59,518 nt of DNA, taken from IMG/VR virus record IMGVR_UViG_3300030372_001749, positions 1-59,518 of that record; one strand, written 5' to 3'. This DNA comes from a virus (lineage: Duplodnaviria > Caudoviricetes). The position numbers and the translations under genes are program-made. Positions 24,702 through 35,500 of this stretch are shown here, piece by piece; the first letter of the stretch is position 1, and each line of letters begins with the position of its first letter. The notes under the pieces were generated by a model, which ran no database searches, was not told the origin of the DNA, and saw nothing but the letters and a program-made list of their open reading frames with translations.

Positions 24702-25002
24702 TGTAACAGATGATTTTGTAGATGGACTACAAGAATTAGATATAAGAACAGGAATAAAAATTGCAAGGTTTATTAACGAGAACCTAGGTAAAGTAAAGAC
24801 TAACGAACTAGTTTCTACAGTGTTAGGTGGTGTTGTTATGAATGACCAGGATGAACCAATCACTTTTGCATTAGAGGTTATAAAAGATACCTCGTCTCAA
24901 CCATTACTATCGGATATACAGTTGGTAGATATGGATGAGTTTTTAGATTTACTTAACTTAAATAAAAAAACAAATGGATTCAATCAAGGTAAGGACAGTT
25001 AA
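24664..25002 (+). CDS. Hypothetical protein
   Basis: ORF track. Confidence 0.6.
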   Translation: MDVKQKYTTELFDVTDDFVDGLQELDIRTGIKIARFINENLGKVKTNELVSTVLGGVVMNDQDEPITFALEVIKDTSSQPLLSDIQLVDMDEFLDLLNLNKKTNGFNQGKDS

Positions 25003-25432
25003 ATATATTGTCGGTAAAAAATTAAACTTAGATTTAAATAAGACAAGTCGTAAGTTTGAATATGTAAAGGCACGAATGATGTGCTATAAAATTTTACGAG
25101 AGCAGTGTAACTTTTCCTTAGCAGACATAGGAAGATACTTTAAAAAAAATCATGCTACCGTTTTACATTCTCTAAAAGAATTTGAGGCAGTATGTATCTA
25201 CGATAAAAAATTTAAGGAAGATTATAAAGAGGTGGAGAAAATGTGGTGTGACCCCGAGCGTGAAGAGACGGGAGGAATAAGCACTGTATTTAAGTTAGAT
25301 ATTAACGATGCTTTAAAAAAATTAAACATGGAATGTGCTTATTTATCTAATGCTGTAGAAAGATTGATGCATAATATGAACACCCTTCATAAAGAAATAA
25401 AAGAAAAATATTTGGAATTAGAAAAAAAATAA
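24974..25432 (+). CDS. Second DnaA C-terminal-like HTH protein
   Basis: SRKFEYVKAR...SLADIGRYFKKNHATVLHSLK. Confidence 0.78.
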   Translation: MDSIKVRTVKYIVGKKLNLDLNKTSRKFEYVKARMMCYKILREQCNFSLADIGRYFKKNHATVLHSLKEFEAVCIYDKKFKEDYKEVEKMWCDPEREETGGISTVFKLDINDALKKLNMECAYLSNAVERLMHNMNTLHKEIKEKYLELEKK

Positions 25433-25475
25433 TTACTTTTAGCTATTACTTTCTGTAAGTGATTCATAATTGGTT

Positions 25476-25528
25476 AAAGGTTGTCTAGCTAGTTTAACTT
25501 GGGAGAGTGGGTTAGGCAACCTTTTTTT
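25476..25528 (+). terminator. Long-loop terminator hairpin
   Basis: AAAGGTTGTCTAGC...GTTAGGCAACCTTTTTTT. Confidence 0.65.
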
Positions 25529-25536
25529 AAAGAACA

Positions 25537-25776
25537 ATGGACTGTCGATATAAAATACAAGATATAGAAAATATACTAGGGTTTACCTCTTGGTCTGACA
25601 AGAAAAAGATTGATACCCTTTTACATATTGATTGTAATATGTATGCCCGACTTGGCGTTGATTCTTTAATTAAAGAAAGAAAAGAAACCAAACAACAATC
25701 CAAAAAAATTTACAAAGCAATAAAAGAAATTAATGTAGAGATGGGTAAGTCCCTACTGCAAGCAATGGATGTGTAA
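25537..25776 (+). CDS. Hypothetical protein
   Basis: ORF track. Confidence 0.65.
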   Translation: MDCRYKIQDIENILGFTSWSDKKKIDTLLHIDCNMYARLGVDSLIKERKETKQQSKKIYKAIKEINVEMGKSLLQAMDV

Positions 25777-25967
25777 TGTCAAGAGTAGCAACCGAAGATA
25801 TAGAGATGATTGCACATGTAGAGTTTATATGTAGCAACATCCACGACTTCGGAGATAATCTTTACGAAGACCTAATGGATAGGAACCATGACCAGGCAAA
25901 GCATAAAGCTAAGGAGTTGATAGAGGTATTGAATGATTTAATACAGTCGCTTACTGAAGACATCTAA
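25776..25967 (+). CDS. Hypothetical protein
   Basis: TAATG coupling. Confidence 0.6.
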   Translation: MSRVATEDIEMIAHVEFICSNIHDFGDNLYEDLMDRNHDQAKHKAKELIEVLNDLIQSLTEDI

Positions 25968-26314
25968 TGCCTTACAAAAACAAGGAAGACCAGGCGGCTG
26001 CATCTAAGCGGCATTACGAGGCTAACAAAGCCAAGATAATAGCTAGGTCTAGTAGATGGTCTAAGAAACAAAGAAAAAAGAATAGAGAGTTTATAAAAGA
26101 ATACAAGAGCAACCACCCTTGCGTGGACTGTGGAGAGACTAACCCATTGGTATTAGACTTCGACCACGTGAGAGGGGAAAAGAAAAGAAATATATCAGAC
26201 ATGGCACATGCGTGCTGCTCTATCAATACTATTATAAAAGAGATGGAGAAGTGTGATATACGATGCTCTAACTGTCACAGAATAGCAACATATAATAGAA
26301 AGAACAATGGATAA
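25967..26314 (+). CDS. HNH endonuclease
   Basis: CVDCG...LDFDH...KCDIRCSNCHR. Confidence 0.85.
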   Translation: MPYKNKEDQAAASKRHYEANKAKIIARSSRWSKKQRKKNREFIKEYKSNHPCVDCGETNPLVLDFDHVRGEKKRNISDMAHACCSINTIIKEMEKCDIRCSNCHRIATYNRKNNG

Positions 26315-26558
26315 AGAAATGTTAATGGAAGAGCTAACAGATAATGAGTGTCTGGTAGCAGATGGATTTGATAGTGCCTTGATAGGTATAAGCGAAGGCA
26401 TGAATCCTGTAGCAATATACGATGTTGATAAATGTATACAGGTGCTCATGGAAGATGAAGGCATGACAGATGAAGAAGCCTTAGATTACTTTTATTATAA
26501 TACCGTAGGTGCATACGTAGGAGAAAAGACCCCACTATTTATACGTATGGTTGAATAA
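26307..26558 (+). CDS. Hypothetical phage protein
   Basis: ADGFDSALIG...EEALDYFYYNTVGAYVGEKTP. Confidence 0.75.
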   Translation: MDKEMLMEELTDNECLVADGFDSALIGISEGMNPVAIYDVDKCIQVLMEDEGMTDEEALDYFYYNTVGAYVGEKTPLFIRMVE

Positions 26559-26562
26559 TAAA

Positions 26563-29500
26563 TTATTCTCTCTCTATAAATTCTTCTTCCTCAAACTCTA
26601 CATCATCAAACTCTGGTGATATATCTTCTTCTATAAATTCTTGCTCTTCAAATTCCATTCCTTCATCGTCACCCGAATCTTTATCTTTTTTAGATTTCTT
26701 CTTACTTGCGGATTTCTTTCCAGCTCCAGGTCTGTAAGACTTAGATATTCCTAGTAAATCATACATACTCTCTTCAAAGTCTTCAGTGTCCGAGCCTATC
26801 CCTAAATTAAATAAACCAATAAAAGGGTCTACTCGTGTGCCTAATATTATTTCTGTTATAGGTTTAACGCTACCCCATATGTTTCCATATTTTTTTACAT
26901 CCTTAGTAAGTTGGTATCCTACACTTAGAAAAGGATTGATTATAGCATTATTAAATTTACGTTTTTTCTTGTATTCTTTTTCGGAGTCTAGTCCTGCAAT
27001 AAGTCGTTCAAATAAATCCCACTCTTCTATAGCTGCTCCTAGTACTGGCATTTGATATACAAGGTTAGCACCCATTAATGCTTTTTGAACCTTCTCCCAA
27101 TATTCTTCCTGGTCTTCATCATCACCCATTAATAGTTTACTTAGATTAGACACTCCAATAAACAAAGCATTTGCTATTGCTACATTTAAATAGAAAGCCC
27201 TGATATCTTTTCGTCTAGGTTTCTCACCCTGTTTAATACTACGCATAATGTTTGTCATACTAGACAACGCTTTATTTATCTGTAAGAAAACCACACTACC
27301 AAACATAGTGAAGGTACGTGTGAGATAATTTTTACTTAGTTGTATCGGTGCTTTTTCTGTACCTCTTCGGGTTTGCTGAGTAGCGTTATAGTTATTTAAT
27401 TTTGTTACTGCCTCGTCTAGTGGCATACCATTTTTAATATCTCTATTAAAGTTTACCATGTATCCCATAACTCCAAGTATATCTCCTATACTTGTTGGTA
27501 ATCCAGCCGCAGTCTTAAAACCTCTACCTATAATACCCGCTCTATTCATCTTTTGACTTACAGGTTTAAATAAACTTTGACCTGACTCTAAGGCATATAT
27601 CTCTCCTTTCATACCCTTCTCTATCCTATCTCTAAAGGTAGCAGATACATCCATAGCCTTACGTATAGGACCTTTAACGCCAGGCACCACCATACCAATT
27701 ATATCTTTAGTTATTCCTGCATACGTAGAAGCCACATCTACTGTAAACATTAATGGGTCTATTAATGTACGGACTGCAGCAGGTACGTTAGAACCTTTCT
27801 TAAAAAAGCTATAGTCCTCATAAGCATTCACAAAAGATGTAGCCTGCTTAGGTATCTGTACTATTTTAAATGCTAACGAGAAACCAATAAACCTATTCTG
27901 CATCCAATTTAAAAATTTATTATCTATTATCTCTTTAGATAAAGCATAAGGGTTAACCGTATTATTAATTGTAATGTTTAATACTTTTCTAATTTGTAAT
28001 CTATTTATTAGATTAGACACATCATTATTCTTCATGAATGCATTAATATTACTAACGGGAATAGCATATGCTTTGTATTTCTCCATACTCATCACATGGT
28101 TTTCTAGGGTTTGTGTAAAGTCAGAAGCTGTAAGTTTTATATCAGACTCTTTATCTACCCTGGCCTTAAAAGCAGGAGCTGTTTCAGCTTGAAAAATAGA
28201 ATTAAACTCACCTTGTTTAACCATATCTTTAGTAACATCACCCCGTTCGGTCTGAGTAGGAAAGTAGTTATCTATCTTTGGTAGGTTAATATTATTTATA
28301 CTAGAGTATACATTGTTTACCCCTTCATAGTAAGAGTTACTCAAGAACTCTACTAACCCATCCGTAAACTCTACAATCTCCTTACCTAGTATCTCTTTTA
28401 TTTCAGCTATCTTCTTATCATCAATCCCCTGCTTTTCAAGCTTCGCTCTTTGAACATCATTTAAGCTTAAAGCATAGATACGCATAAGCTCATCTGGTGT
28501 AAAGTCTATTTTTTCTACATTATCTGTATCAGTATTTTTTACTCGGAAGGAATAAGTTTTATTTTTTCCTTTAAATAATAATCTTTTTATACCGTTATAA
28601 CCTTCTTTAACACCCACTCGTTTAGCGATATCATCTATCTTAGCACGTGTTTCAAATGCCCCTTTCAACTCTTGTTCATTAGCGTTATTTAAACTATCAT
28701 ATATTACTTTTCTAAATACATTCAACCCTTTAGTAGCATTATCTAGTAGATTAGTAAGTGTACCAAGATGTCTGAACTGATTTTTAGCAGTTTCTATACT
28801 ACTACTCACTCTACTATAATTAAACAGTTTCGTAAATTGTTTCCATCCCTTCACAAACTTTCCTTGTCTAAAAGCTTTGTATATATCTTTACGTCTTTGA
28901 TTAAATTCAGTGTCATTTAATATTTTTCCATCTTTATTATATAGCTCAGGATTAGTATCCTTTATCTGCTCACTAGCCTCCTCATTTATTTTCTTTCTTC
29001 TTTCTGCTCTAACTTCTTTGTTTATCTTAAGCTGTGCACGTGAGTCTTTTGCTGTGTCTTGTAGTGTTTTAATTATAGATTTAACTTCTTCTAAACTTTT
29101 TTCTTGGATACCTTCCAATAAGTCTAGAGCTACCAACGTATTTAAATCTTTTTGTTCATCTACTGTAAGCGTTTCTTTTAAAATAATTTCATCTATCTCC
29201 GCTTGCCTATCTAAGAAGTCCTGTTTTAGTTTCTCAATCTTATCTATATCTCCATCTAATATTATTTTAAGGATAGGTTTCATATCTTTAAAAAATTGTA
29301 TACCTTCTTTATCTAACTTACCTTTACTTCTTATATTTCCACTAGAAGTTTTTTTGGTTGTTGTATTATTTTTTACAAAGATTCGTATATCGTTTATTAG
29401 CTTGCTTTTTATTTTCTTTTCTTGAGTTTTTACTTTCTCTATAATCTTATCTACCTTCACTGCAAAGTTAGCTGGAGTAGTTGTCTCTATATCTTTTATA

Positions 29501-32500
29501 AAACTATTAATCTGAGCTACACTATACCCTAAGTCTTTAGGTAGGCTGGCTCTAATAAACTGTCTAAGCTCTCTCTGTTTAGTTCTAATAGTTTTGTCTG
29601 TAATCTTTATCTGCTTAAGGTTTCTTTTAATATTTTCTAACTCTTTTCGTACAGACTTTTCTCTAAACCTAACACCTAGATTTTCTTTTAGATTATTCTG
29701 GAAACCAAGTATAATCTTTTGCTGTGTCTCGTTAGATTGTTTTTTGTATATAGGGTTTTCTTTTATAATCTCTAACGCCTTAACCTGTATTTCTTTAGGG
29801 GTTTTGGTTCTAACACCTGGCTTACCTTTACCTCCACGTGGACCTTGTATAGCAAACTTAGACACCTTATCCATGGTGTCTTGATATAATTTAATAGCTT
29901 GAGTTATACCTCCTTCTATACCCATAAATTCTTTTGGTAAAGTATCTTGATAATTAAAAGGTTCTACTTGATTAAGAATCTTAAACTCCATTGCTTCATT
30001 TATATCCTTGAGTTTAAATTTCTTTTCTTTTAATACCTCTATGATAGCCTCATCAGAATAATTATTATCTCTACCTATCTTTATAACCTGGTCTATAGTA
30101 TTACTAGATGGGGTACTCATAAGTTGTAATGCGTCTGAGAAAGATTTAACCTCAGCCTCTACAAACAACTCGTTCTCTGATAGCAGGTCTACTGCTACAG
30201 ACTCTACGAACTCCTCAAATGTCATGTTCTGCAACTGCTCTGCAGTAACCTTAGATATACCAACTAACTTTTTAACGTAGTCAAATAAATCTTTTAACCA
30301 TGTCTTGAAACTTCTCTCCTGTGCAGCAGTAGCAAAAGCTTCTCCTTGGTCACCGATAGCTGTAGCTAATGCCTCCTCTCTGATGTATTTATTTATCTCC
30401 TCCTCAGTAGAGCCATCCTTACGCATCTTTTTTATTACTCGCTGATAATCTGCATTATCTTTTATCTGCTGTATATAGTCGGAGTTCTCTACTAGCTCCA
30501 TACCTTTCTTGTATAGCTCAGGTCTTCCTTCCTTTACAGTGTTCAACCATATGTGACCAAACTCATGCACTGGTGTATTAAAGTTTTCTAATGCAGGATT
30601 AAGAAATAGCTTGCCCTCGTATACTGCACCATATATCTTTTGGTTTTTAGTAGATAAAGCCTTAGCATTTAAATCTTTTAGTAGTGCATCGAACTCTTGT
30701 TCTGTAGCTACAATCTCTACAGAAGGGAATGCTTTAGATAGCTTACGCACAAACTGTGTGTACTGAACAGCGGTAGGCTCGGTAACCTCAAAAGCTGTCG
30801 ATGCCTTCATTGTTGCTGAACGATATGCATTACTTCGTGCTTCCTTAGCAGTTATCTTTTTATCTATATCCTTTATATCTTTTATATTCCCAAACTTCTT
30901 AGTAATAAGAGTAGTAGTTTTTGTCTTGGTACTTTTTGGTATTACCTCTGAACTCTCCTCTTTATTTGTCTCACCTTTTTTTATTAAGGTTACAGTACGA
31001 GTCTTGTTAGGATTATTAGAAACCTTCACTACTCTTTCTTCACCATCTATATCTACCTTATAAGTCTCTCTCTTTTTAATAAGACCTGCAGTTTTTAGGT
31101 CTATAGTATTCTTATAGTTCTTGTTAAGATTCCAGAACGGAACTGTCTCCTTCATTATACCTATTGCCTTACCTCTAATATATATTGGGTAGTTGGTATG
31201 AGATGGTAGACCTTCTGCCTTCTGTTGCTCTGGTGTTATTAATGCCTCACTTCTAGTAGCTTTTGTTATAGGGTTACCCTTCTTATCTGTAACCTGTAGC
31301 ACTGTAGTTATGGCACCCATAGGTAGGTCACTTACAAACTGCTCTACATTCTCTTGTCTAATAGACTCCTGGCTTATACCTTTATCTTGAAAAAGCTTAC
31401 CAACCTTTGTGTCAGCCTTAACATCTGCAGATGGTAACACAGCCTTGAATATCTTTGCTCTATCGTCCACACCTAACTCTGCAAATCCCTCAGCAAACTC
31501 ATCTATATTCTTAGACTCCTGTATCTTTTTATTTGTCTTAATTTTTTTACCTAACACATCTTCCTTCATAGCCTCAAAAATCTCAACAGAGTTATCCGCT
31601 GTCTTAACCTTTTCAATTAATGTGTTAAGGTTAACAGTGTTAGAATCTAAGGCAGATGGTTTCATATTAAAGACCACAGTGTAGTCTCCTTTTATTGCAC
31701 CATCTATAATCTTATTAGCAGCAGTCGTATCAATAGAAGCCCATGCAACCTTACCAAACAATGAATCCATCAAAGGAAAGAAAGGGCCTCCCATTTGTTT
31801 AGGTTTACCCTCTTTATCTAAAGCCTTTTCATCTACCTTTAACTGGTCAGCCATCACAAGATTTATCTTCTTGCCTACCAATTCTTTTAGACCCATCTTC
31901 TTTACCTTGTTCGCTAGCTCTGTATTCTCTGTAATAGTTATAGGTATAACATTAGCTGGAGCTGGTTCGTCTACTACCTCTGCTTTCTCTTCTAACTCAG
32001 GAAGCTTCTCATTCATCTTTGCTTGAGCCGCCTTAACTAATGAGTTCATCTTCTCTTCTGATACAGTCTTCCCATCTAACTGAAGCTGTACGGTAGCATC
32101 ATTATTTAAAACCTCGATTAAATCGGAAGCTTCTTTTTTTATTAAAACCTCCTTTTGATGTAGCCCTTCTGCAAATTTTTGTACACTAGCCTTACTAGTC
32201 TTTTGCTTATTAGCTACCATTCTTTTCTTAGCCTCTCTTTTGTAGGCTGTTTTTTGTTTAGGAGTTAGGTCAACAAACTCTTCTACTACTTCCGTCTTAA
32301 GGATTTCTGTCGGCGTTTCTTGAACACCTTTTTCAATCTCTGCTTCGGTCGTACCTTCTCCGGTAGTGATGATGGATTCGGTGTCTCCTTCAACCACTGG
32401 TCCACCCACTGTGGTTTGTTCTTCCTCAACCACCTCAGTTGGGCCTTGCTTTGTACTGGCATCTTCTTCAGTTTTAATTAATGAATCTTTATTTATTTCT

Positions 32501-35500
32501 TTATCAAATAATGCGTAACTAATTACTGCTTTTTCATCTATTGTACCCGCAGGTCTCTCTACAAAAAGAGCACCATCAAAACCTGCATTTTCAATGTGCT
32601 CCATAAACTGACTACCTGCAGCCCAATCATTTAAACCATCTCTTCCCTCTGCACTTTTTCTCATGGATGCTACATAATTATTGTAATCCTTTAACGCATC
32701 CTCTTTAGAATCATATTCTATTTCTAGTTCCTCATTATTATTTAAAAATCCTTGCTTTAATCTTTCAACATGCTCTTCATTCCTTAGGTCGAATAGATTA
32801 TTTTTCTTTTCTTCAGTTATAGTAAGCTCAGTAACAGTTCCTTCAGGACCTGCTCCTTTATATCCCTCTGCATATTTTTTAGAAGGAGTTAAAAATATAG
32901 CACCTGACTGTCCTTTTTTAATAACACCTCCTTCTATAGGTGTAGGAGAACCATGATATACTACTTCCGTTTTCTCACTAACCTCTTCTACTTTACCTTC
33001 TTTCTTTACCTCACCTTCAATAGTCTCCTTTACTACCTCTTTCTGTGTATCTTCAATAGTATTAATTACATCATCGACACGTTTCTTTTGGTCGGCATTT
33101 AACTTATTATATCGTGCCTTAACATCACTAGGCTGCATCATTCCAAAAGCAGTACCCATAGCAAAAGACCCTACAATAAACTTCATGTTCTCATCAAAGT
33201 CTCCAAACCTTTCTGTAGCCGCTTCCCAAAATCCTTGGTCTCCTAGATTACTATTATATAACTGAGTAAGCTCTTGTATTGTTTCTTCAGCTACCTCACC
33301 TTGACCTCTAGAAATAATCTCCCCTGCACGTTGAATAAGGTATACAGCACGTTTACCTTCTTTACCAAACTTACTAGCTACAGATTTTACTAGCGTGCTA
33401 ACAGGTATTTTACCTGCCACCTTTTGTATAAGTTCGCCACCTAACGTACCTAAAAATCCACCCTCAAAACTTAACTCTTCTTGTTGATTATCAAATACAA
33501 TTCCTGCTGTCTCAAATTCCACACCCTGTTGTAAAGCTTTTTTAACAAACCTACGAGTAGCGTTTTTATCCATAGCTTTGTTGTAATTCTTTGCTATCCT
33601 TTTAACTAAGGCATCTTGGGTTGTCATTTTTTTCAAACCTGTTCCTCTCTTTGTAATACCAAGAGTACCTACTATAGCAGAAGTAGAACCACTCATGTCT
33701 CCCCAAAATTCAAACGAATCTAAATCTGTTTCCGTTATCTTCTCTAATTGTTCTACTATATCTTCTTCGGTATAGTCATCTGCTGTGACACCTAATTCAG
33801 GAAGACCTCTCAATTGGTCTTGTATCATACCCGTTTGGGATTTAATTCCAGACTCACCCACTAAACCTTTAGCAAAGGCCGCACCAAACGCATCAAAGAA
33901 ATTACTATCTTCTTTAGATATACCAGGAGTATTAGTTAAAAGAATAGGAGCTAGGTTATTTAAGAGCTCTCTGTTAGCAAGCCACTCTTTTTCTTTTTTA
34001 CCTACGTTTAAACCAAGCTCTTTAACATTTAATAGTCTTCGTGCTCCTCTACCCATCGCACCTAATATTGACCCTTCACTAAAACCACCCTCTTCTCTCA
34101 GACGATTAGTCTCTTCTCTTAATTGATGGTAAGCTCTTTGAAATTGCTCATAACTACTAAGTCCTTCTATCTTCTCACTAAACGCTGCTCTTGCAGATGG
34201 AGATAACTCCATTGCTACTTTTGTTTGCTCTATAATTTCGTCAGGACTTGTTTTTAATATACTTGTAACTTGAGTACCTTCCGCTAGTATTTCGTCACGC
34301 ATCTTATCTGCATCCGCTTCAGTTTTTTTAATCCTTGCAGCGAGGTCTTTATATTCAGTAGAGTTTTTATCTAATGTTGCAAGTTTAGCTTGAGCATTTC
34401 GTATTCGAGTTACTAGCTTTCCAAACGTTTCTCTTTTCTCTGTTACACCGTCTCTATAAGTTGCGATGCTATTATCTTCTGCCGCTTGCACTGCATTAAG
34501 TAAAGACTTAACATCCATTTTTATAACTTCTTTAGCTGAATCATCAACCCCTTCTTTAAAGTTAACACTACCATCACTGTTTAATGAATCTATAAGAGGT
34601 TGATTGGCTAAATACTTATCTAACTTTCTTTTAGCGGTATACAACATTTTTACCATCTCGACATCACCCTCTCCATTTAATTCATAATTTTTTAACTCTG
34701 CGTCATTAAGGTCTATTATATATTGTTTTTTATTTTTTCCCTCGTATGCAGCTCTAACATCTAATTTTTTATCGAAAGAAGTGTTATCCATTTTACCTTG
34801 AAGCCTTGTGTATTCCTCTTCAAGAATGTTATATTTTTCCCTACTTGTTTTTCCTTTATCGAATAATGTTTTATTTGCAAATTCCTGAAAAGTTTTTATA
34901 TCATTTAACTCCTCAGCTGTAGCCTTGTCTCCTATAAAATATCTAGCAACATCTTGTTCCGCTAACGTTTGATATTCACCTAAAACTCTATTGATTGTAT
35001 CATCTGAAACCTTTTGGTCAACTTTAAATTTTGGTCTTTGTACATCACTAGAAGAAGACGCCATTCCTATAGTACTTAAAAGACTAAATATACTTCTAGG
35101 TTCGCTAGTCTGTTCCTCTTCAACCAAAGTAAATGTACCTAGTTTCTCTTCCTCTGTAGGGGTTCTAGATAATGACTCATCAAACTCTCTAGTTTTTTGG
35201 GTTAACCTTAAAGCTGAACCTGTAGCCTGAGTTTGCTCAAACTTCTCTTGATTTATAAGCTCACTATACCGCTCTTCTATTTCTTGGTGTTTCTCAGGTG
35301 CTGAGTTTTTTAACTCTTGTTCTTTTGCAGCTTCAAGACCTGCTATATTTTCTTCTGATTGTGCTGTAGTAACACCATATTTTTTATCCCACTCCTCTTG
35401 AGCCACTTTTAATGAGGCCGCCTCCATCATGTTATTTATGTTGTAAGAATTTCCTGTTAAAGGATTAATACTTTCATTTGTAGGTCTAACATTTTCAGGA

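Noticed and set aside
17518-26558. DNA polymerase or integrase
   Set aside because: No polymerase or tyrosine/serine recombinase motifs recognised anywhere; no support for a prophage.
29239-29256. DGDIDK as a crAss-type virion RNA polymerase DFDID motif
   Set aside because: Sits in a helical Lys/Glu-rich stretch with no other recognisable polymerase motifs; the genome uses host-type promoters.
26786-35230. Plus-strand ORFs antisense to the giant gene and other structural genes
   Set aside because: Ser/Leu/Phe-rich shadows of the coding strand, mostly with non-ATG starts and no start context.
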